NCBI GenBank assembly: GCA_963700815.1
Contig: CAVOZM010000019.1
Span: 38,840-102,839 of the forward strand
Length of the DNA: 64,000 nucleotides
Direction of reading: 5' to 3'
Origin: Pirellulaceae bacterium
GTDB taxonomy: Bacteria; Planctomycetota; Planctomycetia; Pirellulales; Pirellulaceae
Shown here: positions 42,949-52,700 of the stretch, piece by piece
How positions within the stretch are numbered: position 1 is the stretch's first letter
Layout: each line of letters starts with the position of its first letter
Program-made: the position numbers and the translations under genes
The notes under the pieces: generated by a model
What the model was told of the DNA's origin: nothing
Databases searched by the model: none
The model's input: the letters and a program-made list of their open reading frames with translations, nothing else

Positions 42949-44534
42949 AACAGAGTCGCCTTTCGCTCCGCGAAAGAGTGCGTGTTTTCGCGGAGCGAAA
43001 ACCGACACTTGGATTGCTTGGTCTGATTCTGATTTGTGGCAACGGTATCGCGGCCGCCGACGAGAGTGACTTCTACCGAATTGTCACAATCGCGACGTCC
43101 GAGGCCGCGACTCAATCCCGAGACAAGTTTTGGAAACCGGCGCCCGAGGACTTAGTCCTGGAGGTTAGTGGAATCGCCCCGCTGGATGAAAACCGGATTG
43201 CGGTTGCGATTCGCAAAGGCGAAATTTGGATTCTCAGTGGTGTCTACGATGACCCGCCAGTGAACGTGACTTATCATCGCTTTGCTGAAGCGCTCCATGA
43301 ACCTCTGGGTCTGATCTATCGCGAAGGCGCTTTCTATACCGTTCAGCGATCGGAGTTGACGCGGATCAGCGACACCGACGGTGACAATGTTGCTGACGAG
43401 TATCGAACGGTCGCCAAAGGCTGGGGAACCACCGGAAATTATCACGAGTATGCCTATGGGCCGGAGGTCGATGGCGACGGAAACCTTTGGCTAACCTTGA
43501 ACATTGGTCTTGGAATCAATCGCAAACAACCTCGCGTCCTTACCAATTCGGTGCTCGGCGTTGCGCAAGCTACGTGGCGCGGCTGGGGAATGAAAGTCAC
43601 GCCCGCTGGCGAATTGATGCCAGTCTGCGCGGGAATGCGTTCGCCCAGCGGACTGGGAGCCAATCGAAACGGGGATATGTTTTATACCGACCAACAAGGC
43701 AATTGGGTCGGAACCAATACATTGCATCACATGCGATCGGGAGCTTTTTTTCATCATCCCGATGCGCTCGCATCGATGGACCAGCCCGGTTCGCCAATCA
43801 CGGGGATCCAATCCATTCCCAGTGGAGTCCCTTTTCCGGAGGCATTGAATCGCCTTCCGCAGATGAAACCACCAGCGGTTTGGTTTCCCTACAAGAAGGT
43901 CGGTCAGTCGGCAACCGACATCATGCTCGACGACAGCGGTGGCAAGTTTGGGCCGTTTGACGGACAGTTGTTCGTTGGAGAGTTTACATTGTCCTCGGTC
44001 AACCGAGTTTTCTTAGAGCAGGTCGATGGTGATTACCAAGGCGCCTGTTTCCCGTTTCGTGAAGGATTTGCATCGGCGGTGATTCGTCTGGCCCAGGGGG
44101 CCGACGGCAGCCTGTTTGCCGGCCTAAGCAATCGCGGTTGGAGCAGCCTCGGCGGCGCGTCCTATGGATTACAACGTCTGATTTGGACTGGAAAAACACC
44201 ATTCGAGATCAAAGAGATGCGTGCCAGGCATACCGGATTTGAACTCGTCTTTACGAAACCCGTGGACCTTCAGGCGGCTAGTGATGTTGCGTCTTACGCA
44301 ATGGCCAGCCACACCTACACCTATCACGAGACCTACGGCAGCGATGAAATTCAGAAACAAACTTTGACGGTCCAAAAAGCGAAAGTGTCGGAAGACGGAC
44401 TTCGTGTCATGCTGGAAGTCGGCGGCCTGCGCGAGTACTTCGTTCACGAGTTGGTGGCGACTGGAGTTCGCAGCGCCGCTGGCGAACCGCTGTTGCATCC
44501 AGATGCCTATTACACGCTGAATCGAGTTCCTTAA
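42942..44534 (+). CDS. Secreted beta-propeller protein (glucose/sorbosone dehydrogenase-like, PVC type)
   Basis: Overlaps the upstream stop; LHEPLGL, DTDGDNVAD, NYHEYAYG, GMRSPSG, FYTDQQGNW, GPFDGQLFVGE. Confidence 0.75.
   Translation: MVKQSRLSLRERVRVFAERKPTLGLLGLILICGNGIAAADESDFYRIVTIATSEAATQSRDKFWKPAPEDLVLEVSGIAPLDENRIAVAIRKGEIWILSGVYDDPPVNVTYHRFAEALHEPLGLIYREGAFYTVQRSELTRISDTDGDNVADEYRTVAKGWGTTGNYHEYAYGPEVDGDGNLWLTLNIGLGINRKQPRVLTNSVLGVAQATWRGWGMKVTPAGELMPVCAGMRSPSGLGANRNGDMFYTDQQGNWVGTNTLHHMRSGAFFHHPDALASMDQPGSPITGIQSIPSGVPFPEALNRLPQMKPPAVWFPYKKVGQSATDIMLDDSGGKFGPFDGQLFVGEFTLSSVNRVFLEQVDGDYQGACFPFREGFASAVIRLAQGADGSLFAGLSNRGWSSLGGASYGLQRLIWTGKTPFEIKEMRARHTGFELVFTKPVDLQAASDVASYAMASHTYTYHETYGSDEIQKQTLTVQKAKVSEDGLRVMLEVGGLREYFVHELVATGVRSAAGEPLLHPDAYYTLNRVP
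42955..43006. repeat. REP palindrome inside a coding sequence
   Basis: Perfect 15-bp IR TTTCGCTCCGCGAAA (42961-42975) / TTTCGCGGAGCGAAA (42986-43000) with GTCG/CGAC ends; degenerate copy at 44554-44612. Confidence 0.75.
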
Positions 44535-44719
44535 GGATTGAAGAGTCATTGCCGTCGTCCTTCGCTCGGCAAATGCAACGCTTAGGCGATCTTTCGCGAA
44601 GCGAAACGCGACTTTTATTGTTAGCGGAATGCGAACATAGAAACATTGTCGCATTCGTTTCCTGCGCAGGCCCGCGTCTTCAACTAGTCGGCGAAGTCAT
44701 TACAATACGCTTCCATAAC

Positions 44720-45439
44720 ATGACATCGCCAATCGAGAACCACCGACGTCGCCGGATTGCCGCTTACAGCGTGCATCTGTTTACGGCATCGGGAATCATA
44801 CCGGCTGCATTGGCGATGCAAGAAATGTTCAATCCGGATTGCGATCCTCGCTTCGTGTTCTGTTGTCTGTTAGTGACGACAATGATTGATACCTTCGATG
44901 GCCCACTCGCGCGACGATTGAACGTCAAACGGTATGCCGCCAGCATCGATGGCCGAACGATCGACGATCTGTTGGACTACCTGACCTTTGCCTTCATTCC
45001 GCTGATGCTGGTCTGGAGGATGGATTGGTTGCCGTCTGGCTGTGGACCAACGGTCATTCTGGCGATGGGGGCCAGTCTGATGGGATTCGCGCATGTCGCG
45101 GCGAAGGATGAACAGCACGGGATGTTTCGCGGTTTTCCTTCCTATTGGAATGCATTCGCGTTTTACGCCGGTATCTTCAGCACGATGATCAGTCCTTGGT
45201 TGTCGGCCATGCTGTTGTGGGCGTTGACGGTGCTAACCGTTTCACCGATCTGGGTGATCTACCCGAACCTGGCGCCGAAACTTTGGCGTCGATCAATCAT
45301 CGCGGGAACCGCGATTTGGGGCGCCGTTATGTTTACGATGTTGTGGTACTACCCGAACCCGCCGGTCTGGATGCTGTTGGTGTCTTTGATTCACCCCGTT
45401 TATTACCTGTACGCTTCCTGGCGTTGTCGACCGAGGTAA
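44720..45439 (+). CDS. pcs: Phosphatidylcholine synthase (CDP-alcohol phosphatidyltransferase)
   Basis: VHLFTASG, DTFDGPLAR...IDGRTIDDLLDYLTFAFIP, FRGFPSYWN. Confidence 0.82.
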   Translation: MTSPIENHRRRRIAAYSVHLFTASGIIPAALAMQEMFNPDCDPRFVFCCLLVTTMIDTFDGPLARRLNVKRYAASIDGRTIDDLLDYLTFAFIPLMLVWRMDWLPSGCGPTVILAMGASLMGFAHVAAKDEQHGMFRGFPSYWNAFAFYAGIFSTMISPWLSAMLLWALTVLTVSPIWVIYPNLAPKLWRRSIIAGTAIWGAVMFTMLWYYPNPPVWMLLVSLIHPVYYLYASWRCRPR

Positions 45440-45501
45440 GTGTCCGCTGTTTGTAGGGGACGTGACCAAACGTCTGAAAATTCGATCTTTGGCAAGATCC
45501 A

Positions 45502-47367
45502 CTACTCGCGGTCACCGCGCATCAGCACGCGATCGAAAAGGCCGTAGGCTGTGTCCCGCATTGCATCCGGAAAATCGTGTTCACAATCGGGGTGCACGAC
45601 CTGCAGGCTGCTCGATCGCTGGTGCAATGCAAAAACTTTCCTTGCCTCGTTGGACATTCGATCCACGCTCGCCGCGCGAAAATTACTGTCGTGCAACGGG
45701 GCGACAATCAACACGTCGCGCGGCGCGAGTGCTGCTAACATTTCGTCAAAATCGAACGGAATCTCCGTCAACCGACCTTGATAGTCGGCCAGTCGCGGCA
45801 TGTAACGCAGTTGAGTCCATCCTCGGCCTGGCTGCCACACCGCCGGATCTCCGTCGTAGTAATCTGAATACGAATCGAATCCACAGCTGGAAACAACAGC
45901 TTTGATCCGCTGATCAAAGACCGCGGTGTAAATCGAATTGTGGCCGCCCAGTGAATGGCCGATGGCACCGATCGAATTCGCGTCAACGTCAGCCAGCGAC
46001 TGCAACAGATCAATGCCACGGATGTTATCCCAGATTGCTTTCAATGTCCCGCTTTCCCAACCCAACGAGGCTAGATCAGGCTGATAGTTTGCCAACAGTG
46101 GATAGCTGGGCGACAGAGTAACGTAACCACGTTCGGCTAGTTCACTCGCATACTGCCGATTCACTTTGCCGCCCAGTCCAACCACAACGCCATGTCCGAC
46201 AGCGTCGTCGGTTGGATGAAGGCAAAGAACGGCCGGCACGCGTTGTCCGCTGGCAATTCCTTTGGGGATACACAGGTAAGCGGGCGTTTCGCAACCTGGC
46301 TGTGATCGATACGTGATTCTCTTGCGCACGTAGGTTCCACAATCGGCCTGGTCGATCAGAGTTACTTCTGGTGGTTCGCGATCGGTCAGATAGGGCAATG
46401 AACCCATGACCGTCTGCATCGATCGAAGAATCGATTGCCGTCGCGGTTGCCACTGCTCCGGCGTCGCGGCCACCGTTTGTTTCTTTCGCTCGCTCTGTAC
46501 ATGCAAGATGTCTTCATGCAAAGCATCTGACTCGCCCGCCGCAGCGTCGTTCAATCGCAGCACAGCAAGCAGGGGTCGGTGATCGGAGGCAACCGATTCG
46601 TCCAACACTCGTGATTCCAATGTGTGCCAATGGTCAGCAGGAGAGCTCATGATGAAATCGATTTGGCGCTCGGGTACCGTGACTGGTATCGTTGGTTGCT
46701 CTGTTTCTCCTGTGATTGACCAGATCGCTGAAAGTGTTTTTAGAACCTCACTTGTTCGCCTCGCGTTTAGGTCGCCGGCCAGAATCGTTGGCGCGGATTT
46801 TAGATTCGACATCAGCAGGTTGATTCTGTCGGCCGACAGCAGCCGCTCTCGGTCGTCTGGGCGATGGTCCAAGTGAGTCGCCAAGACCGGCAGTGCTCGT
46901 CGTCCAAATCGCAGCTGGGCAACGATCAAGCCACGCTGTTCACCGCCGTCGAGCGAGGGGAGCAATTCATTGCGAAAGGACAGGATCGGCAGCTTGGACA
47001 GGATCGCGTTGCCGTACTGGCCTCCTTGCAAGGGAATGTTGCCGCCAAAGACAACTTGCATCCCAGTCAATCGGGCTAGTTCGGCGGCTTGATTGACCGA
47101 GCCGGAACGCGTGGCACGATTGTCAACTTCTTGCAGTGCCGCAATGTCGGGGGACGCCGAACGAATCACCGCTGCGATCCGGCCCAAGTCCAATTTTCCA
47201 TCGACTCCCTCGGCGTGGTGAATGTTGTACGTCAACACACGGACGACCTGGTCGGTCGCGTGGTCTCGCGTTTGTCCATGGGCTTGCGGACCGTTTCCAG
47301 CGCAGCCGAGGGCCAGCATCGCCAACGCAAGTTGGATCGCGTGCGGCAGGAATGGTTTCAATGGCAT
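45502..47367 (-). CDS. Lipoprotein: endonuclease/exonuclease/phosphatase domain fused to alpha/beta hydrolase
   Basis: Lipobox LALGC; LTYNIHH, ALQEVD, THL, GDLN, IDFI, SDHRP; then LCLHPT, GHSLGG, HDFP. Confidence 0.85.
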   Translation of the reverse strand: MPLKPFLPHAIQLALAMLALGCAGNGPQAHGQTRDHATDQVVRVLTYNIHHAEGVDGKLDLGRIAAVIRSASPDIAALQEVDNRATRSGSVNQAAELARLTGMQVVFGGNIPLQGGQYGNAILSKLPILSFRNELLPSLDGGEQRGLIVAQLRFGRRALPVLATHLDHRPDDRERLLSADRINLLMSNLKSAPTILAGDLNARRTSEVLKTLSAIWSITGETEQPTIPVTVPERQIDFIMSSPADHWHTLESRVLDESVASDHRPLLAVLRLNDAAAGESDALHEDILHVQSERKKQTVAATPEQWQPRRQSILRSMQTVMGSLPYLTDREPPEVTLIDQADCGTYVRKRITYRSQPGCETPAYLCIPKGIASGQRVPAVLCLHPTDDAVGHGVVVGLGGKVNRQYASELAERGYVTLSPSYPLLANYQPDLASLGWESGTLKAIWDNIRGIDLLQSLADVDANSIGAIGHSLGGHNSIYTAVFDQRIKAVVSSCGFDSYSDYYDGDPAVWQPGRGWTQLRYMPRLADYQGRLTEIPFDFDEMLAALAPRDVLIVAPLHDSNFRAASVDRMSNEARKVFALHQRSSSLQVVHPDCEHDFPDAMRDTAYGLFDRVLMRGDRE

Positions 47368-47369
47368 GA

Positions 47370-48064
47370 CTACTCGAAGATCAGCGTGCCGAACTTATTG
47401 AACTCATGAAAACTGATTCCTACTCGCACCAGTCCCAAGCGGTTTCTTGGTCGTCATCGTAGTCAACGCGGTAAAAATTTGCTCGCCAACGGGTGCCAGA
47501 CTGGGGTGGCACGTTTCTCAGCGGCTTCAACAATTCGAAGGGGATGAAGACTTCGGCCCGCCAACCGTTGACGTCGGCCATCGAATCGTTGCGACCTCCG
47601 GTTGCCGATACTGCTTTGCGGATCTTGCGATTCCCGTCATAGTTCCACGGCCTCCAACCCAAGAACTTCCCGCCCAGATTCGGCACAAGTATGGGGAGTT
47701 CAAATCCAAGCGGCGAGATCTCATACTCAAAATAAATCGGGTCGGCTTCGTCGGTCCAAAAAAAGCATTCGTAAACGTCCTCTTTCCACAAATCGGCAAA
47801 ATCGTGCCGCAAAGTAGCGGTCAATCTTCGGTCGCTGCCGTCGAACAAGACGTAGACGCCGGTCGCCGAGTAAAGCATTTTGAACCGTGCCGTATAGTCG
47901 TGGCCGGTATCCGAGCGGCGGCTGAGCGATTGCCATGGGGTGGTCGCCCAAGCCGGGGAGTCTCCCCGTCCGGTAACTTCAATCTCGTCGCAGCGGCGAA
48001 CCGTCAGTTGTGGCATACTGTTCTCCGCGGCCGATGTTTGGAATCCACAAAATGTGGTAATCAT
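47370..48064 (-). CDS. Carbohydrate-binding family 9-like protein (frameshift near 47430; start uncertain)
   Basis: LWKEDVYECF, YFEYEISP, WRAEVFIPF, WRANFYRVD; C-terminus SFHEFNKFGTLIFE* lies in the adjacent frame. Confidence 0.8.
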
Positions 48065-48115
48065 AGTCGAGGCGAACAGAAATCTGATTGACGTGCTAAA
48101 TGAATACAATTGCAA

Positions 48116-49294
48116 ATGACCTCTGAACGAAAACCGATTCCGCGTCGCCAAGACGACAACTATACCGAGCAAGCGGCCGCCGAACGCCGTGAATTTCTAG
48201 CGGCGGAAACCGGCGCGAATTTCGATCATACATCTTACTACAACGCCAAGCCCAGCGAATTTTCCGGCAATGTAGAAAACTTTATCGGCGTCGTCCAAAT
48301 GCCAGTCGGCGTTGCCGGACCTTGTTTGATTCATGGCGAGCATGCCAAAGGCTGGTTTTATGTACCCATGGCGACGACCGAAGGAACGCTCGTGGCATCC
48401 TACAGTCGCGGCATGCGGTTGCTATCGGAAAGTGGCGGTGTCAAGGTCACGGTGATCGATGATGTGATGCAGCGGGCGCCGCTGTTCGAATGTCATGACG
48501 CCCGCGGCGCGCGAGATCTGAGCAATTGGATTGACGAGAACTTCCATTCGATCGCGGCGGCGGCCGAGGCAACCACCAGGATCGGCAAGTTGCAAGACAT
48601 CCAACGCTGGCCGATTGCCAGGATGCTTTACACGCGATTCAACTACAGTACCGGGGATGCGGCGGGCCAGAACATGACCAGCCGCGCAACGCGGGCGGCG
48701 ATGATCTGGATCGCCGAAAATTTTCCAGGCGGCTTTTTGCGAGTTCAGTTGTCGGGGGCGATCGAAACAGACAAAAAACATTCGCAAATGAATATGATGC
48801 ATAGCCGCGGCAAACGAGTGATTGCCGAGGCCACGATTCCGCGCGACGTCTTGGTGCGGATGACGCGTGCCGAACCGGCTGATCTGTTTCGCATGCGTGT
48901 TCGAGCGATGGCCGGCGCGATGTTGGCTGGATCGGCATACAACGGTCCGCATTCCGCAAACGGAATCGCAGCGGTATTCATTGCGACCGGTCAAGACGAA
49001 GCCAACGTCGTTGAATCTCACGCCGGGATCAATTTTTTGGATCTAACTGATGCTGGAGATCTGTACTATTCGGTTACTTTACCTTCCGTCATTTGCGCCA
49101 CTCATGGTGGCGGAACGGGGCTGCCGACACAGAAAGAGTGTTTGGCAATGCTCGGTTGCACCGGAAATGGAAAAGCAAAGAAGCTAGCCGAAATCATCGG
49201 GGCGACGGTCTTGGCAGGAGACCTTTCACTTGCCAGCGCAATCGTGGCCGACGAATTTGTCGACTCTCACGAAAGCCTAGGCCGCAATCGGTAG
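48116..49294 (+). CDS. hmgA: Hydroxymethylglutaryl-CoA reductase, class I (soluble)
   Basis: ENFIG, PMATTEGTLVAS (Glu), TGDAAGQNM, TDKK (Lys), ATGQD (Asp), GGGTGLP, C-terminal SHESLGR (His). Confidence 0.9.
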   Translation: MTSERKPIPRRQDDNYTEQAAAERREFLAAETGANFDHTSYYNAKPSEFSGNVENFIGVVQMPVGVAGPCLIHGEHAKGWFYVPMATTEGTLVASYSRGMRLLSESGGVKVTVIDDVMQRAPLFECHDARGARDLSNWIDENFHSIAAAAEATTRIGKLQDIQRWPIARMLYTRFNYSTGDAAGQNMTSRATRAAMIWIAENFPGGFLRVQLSGAIETDKKHSQMNMMHSRGKRVIAEATIPRDVLVRMTRAEPADLFRMRVRAMAGAMLAGSAYNGPHSANGIAAVFIATGQDEANVVESHAGINFLDLTDAGDLYYSVTLPSVICATHGGGTGLPTQKECLAMLGCTGNGKAKKLAEIIGATVLAGDLSLASAIVADEFVDSHESLGRNR

Positions 49295-49312
49295 CCACCG
49301 AGCAGGCTACCG
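49289..49312. terminator. Hairpin over the hmgA stop codon
   Basis: CGGTAGCC-accgagca-GGCTACCG; no adjacent U-tract. Confidence 0.35.
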
Positions 49313-49499
49313 GAGCCCTACGATCGTTTTGCCCGATCGTAACGCCAATGTGGGCGCCGTAGACTCAACTATTCTGGCATGTCTGAAACGCCGACCAAAC
49401 AACAGTAGATCCCCGCCTCCACTACCGGGATATTCTCGTTGACTTCCCCCCCATCCCTTTCGCGATTCAACCGAGTCTTGCGCTGCGCAGGGCACGCCG

Positions 49500-50855
49500 G
49501 TGTTGAATGCGCGGTCGGGAGCGGTACTATGCATATTTCTGATCGTACAGCTCATATCGAATTCAGTTCCCTCGCAAGCTAGCAGCCTGCGAATTCTCGA
49601 TGAAGATCACGACGCCCTGCAGGCCCGTGTCAACCTGATTCAGCAAGCACAGCGTTCAATCGATCTGGCCTATTTCGCCGTCAACACCGGCAAAGTTCCG
49701 ACCGCTCTCTTGGAACTGTTGAGGCAAGCTGCACAGCGCGGAGTATCGGTGCGTTTGGTGGTGGACGGCCTGAGGTCAAAACTCCCTGCGAGTTATGTCC
49801 AGTATCTTCGCTTCAACGGTATCGATCTGCGTTTCTATCACCCTCCGTCTGAAGGAAAATTGCGATGGTTGAATTATCGTCTACACAGCAAACTGATTGT
49901 TGCGGATAGCGAACAAGCCATCGTCGGCAGTCGCAACTTAGATGATCGCCACTTCGGTTTTGACAATGAACGAAAATTCCTCGATTGTGACGCGCTCGTG
50001 ACCGGTGAGATTGTTCCACAAGTCCAATGTTACTTCGACTGGCTATGGGGTTTGCCGGACGTAAAGAGATCAGAGCAACGCCGGTTCATGACCAGGAATG
50101 CGTTTCGCTTTCCAGACGCCGACAGTACCTCGTGGGAAGACGCGTGGCGGAACGCAAAATGTCCGAGCGACTACCAGGCTTTGTTAGACGAGTCGGTCAT
50201 TCAAGTGGTTTGCCGATCGGGTGTGCAGATGGAATCAGCCCAAGATTGGGGTGCGGGGGCCGTGCATGGACTTCCGATTCGCCTGCTGCATGATTGTCGA
50301 GCGGATAAGTCAACACGATGCTTTCAACGATCCATCATCCAAATGCTGGATGCTGCCGTTTGTTCGATCGTGATGGTGACTCCCTATCCAGCGTTTGACC
50401 AAGCAACCCGCGCCGCGATTTCTCGAGCGACTCGTCGCGGAGTTCGCGTGAGGATTGCGACCAACTCACTGAAGGTCTCCGATCAAGTGCTTGTCTATGC
50501 TGCTTATCAGAATCAGAAGCGGAAACTGTTGCATGAAGGTGTGGATTTGCGTGAGTTCCAAGGCCAAGGTACGTTGCACACCAAGTTGTTGATCGTTGAT
50601 GGTACGACCTGGATGCTGGGTAGCCATAACTTCGACGCCCGCTCGGACAGGTTGAATCTGGAATTGTCAATCGTTTGTGATTGCGGCCGAAGTTCGGCCC
50701 ACGTACATTCGGTTGTTCAGCATAAACTTTCCGATTCAACTCGCTGCCGTGGCGACAGTTTTCTGCTGTCAGTAGGAGGTCAATCGCCACTTCGCAAGCG
50801 AACTGAGTTAATCCTGAATCGCGCGGTTGCCGAGTTGATTCGCGATTTACTTTGA
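49500..50855 (+). CDS. Phospholipase D family protein (cardiolipin synthase ClsC-like)
   Basis: Two HKD motifs, LHSKLIVAD...GSRN and LHTKLLIVD...GSHNFD; N-terminal signal-like segment. Confidence 0.88.
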   Translation: MLNARSGAVLCIFLIVQLISNSVPSQASSLRILDEDHDALQARVNLIQQAQRSIDLAYFAVNTGKVPTALLELLRQAAQRGVSVRLVVDGLRSKLPASYVQYLRFNGIDLRFYHPPSEGKLRWLNYRLHSKLIVADSEQAIVGSRNLDDRHFGFDNERKFLDCDALVTGEIVPQVQCYFDWLWGLPDVKRSEQRRFMTRNAFRFPDADSTSWEDAWRNAKCPSDYQALLDESVIQVVCRSGVQMESAQDWGAGAVHGLPIRLLHDCRADKSTRCFQRSIIQMLDAAVCSIVMVTPYPAFDQATRAAISRATRRGVRVRIATNSLKVSDQVLVYAAYQNQKRKLLHEGVDLREFQGQGTLHTKLLIVDGTTWMLGSHNFDARSDRLNLELSIVCDCGRSSAHVHSVVQHKLSDSTRCRGDSFLLSVGGQSPLRKRTELILNRAVAELIRDLL

Positions 50856-51302
50856 CTTTGCATGGTTGCGCAAGTTTGTTTTATAGATCGCAATGCGGGC
50901 GACAGTCGGCGTGTATGTTAGACAGCCGGTTTGTGGCTTCAGTACGCCGGTAAGACAAAAAAATGCAATCAACGCCAATGGAGCGAGTGTTCGAGTTCCG
51001 ATCCGATCTGTACTTCTTCAGCATTTCGGCAAGCAAATGATCGTATTTCGCCAATCGTGCTTCGCATCCGACGTAGTCCAGATGCGGCCCGGCGATTGGC
51101 AACCGGCGAATAGGGAAGCGGCGAACGCAGTTCGGCTGCCAGGACAAGTGCTGGCTTGCACGTTTTATAGCTTTTGACGACCGGTTTTCGGAGTTCTGGA
51201 GATATTCAGTCGCTGTCCGGAATGGTCTTAGATTCGCTATATTGGCAGCTTGCGTTCTTGTGACAGCCTGTCCCGTACTCGTCTCCTTTTGGTGAATCAT
51301 CC

Positions 51303-52647
51303 ATGTTCCGTAAACCGGTAATCTATACGCTCACGTTGCTAACCGTCGCGCTACTCGGATCGAGAAACGACTCGTCCGCTGATCAAAACTGGCCGGCTTT
51401 CCGAGGGGCCCACGCGACGGGCGTGGTCGACGGTGGTGCGAACCTGCCTGACACTTGGTCAACATCAGACAACGTGGAATGGAAGACTGACGTGGAGGGT
51501 CGCGGTTGGTCGTCGCCGGTGGTTTGGGGGAACAAAATTTTCTTGACCTCCGTGATCAACATGGGCGAATCGGAAGAGCCAAAGAAAGGACTTTACTTTG
51601 GCGGCAATCGTACGACACCACCGACGTCCGAACATAAATGGGTGGTTCAGTGCCTCGATTTGGATACCGGTTCGGTCAATTGGACCAAACAGGTTCATCA
51701 GGGTCTGCCGCAAACCTCGATTCATTTAAAGAACAGCTTTGCATCGGAAACACCGGTCATCGATGGCGAACATCTTTACGTTGTCTTTGGCGGGGTCGGA
51801 ATCTATTGTCTTGACTTGATGGGGAACGAGGTTTGGAATCGGCCGCTTGAACCGCTGAAAACCCGCTTCGGTTGGGGATCGGCTGCATCGCCCGTTCTGC
51901 ATGGTGACCGTCTGTACTTTGTCAACGACAATGACGAACATTCGTATATGGTCGCATTGGACAAGCGAACGGGTGAAGAGATTTGGAAAGTTGATCGAGA
52001 CGAAAAAAGTAACTGGGCCACACCATACATTTGGGAAAACGAACAGCGAACTGAAATCGTTACTCCGGGAACCGGCAAGGTTCGCTCTTACGATCTGGAT
52101 GGCAAAGAATTATGGTCGCTGTCTGAAATGTCTAGCATCACGATTGCGACACCCTATGAGTACGAAGGCCTGCTATATGTGACTTCTGGATACGTTGGAG
52201 ACAAATCGCGTCCGATGTATGTCATCCGGCCAGGTGCCGAGGGAGACATTTCCTTGGCAGGTGACGAAACGTCCAATGAATCGATCGTTTGGAGCCTGCC
52301 TGACAGCGCTCCTTACAACCCTTCGACCATCGCCTACGACGGAATCCTTTACGTGCTTTACGATCGAGGTTTGTTGGGCGCCTTCTACACCAAAGATGGT
52401 TCCGAAGTCTACAAACGCCAACGACTTCCCGGGCGGAGCGTTCACGTCGTCCCCGTGGATCTACGACGGAAAGCTGTTCTGTTTGAACGAAGATGGAACG
52501 ACCTATGTCATCAAGACTGGCAAAGAGTATGAATTGCTCGGGACCAACCAGTTGGCAGCGGACGACATGGGGATGGCAACACCGGCGATTGTCGGCGACC
52601 GACTACTGATCCGAACCGCCGCTCGGATCTATTGCATCAAGAAGTAG
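51303..52647 (+). CDS. PQQ-binding-like beta-propeller protein (frameshift near 52430)
   Basis: Signal peptide; NWPAFRG, GWSSPVVWG, ASETP, SAASPV, WATP, ATPAI. Confidence 0.88.
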
Positions 52648-52700
52648 GTCGCTTTGATGCATCCGTATCGGTGAACCACCCGTCGTCGCCCGACAATGGG

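Noticed and set aside
44549-44719. N-terminal extension of Pcs
   Set aside because: It starts at TTG and runs through a degenerate REP; Pcs-like sequence begins after the ATG at 44720
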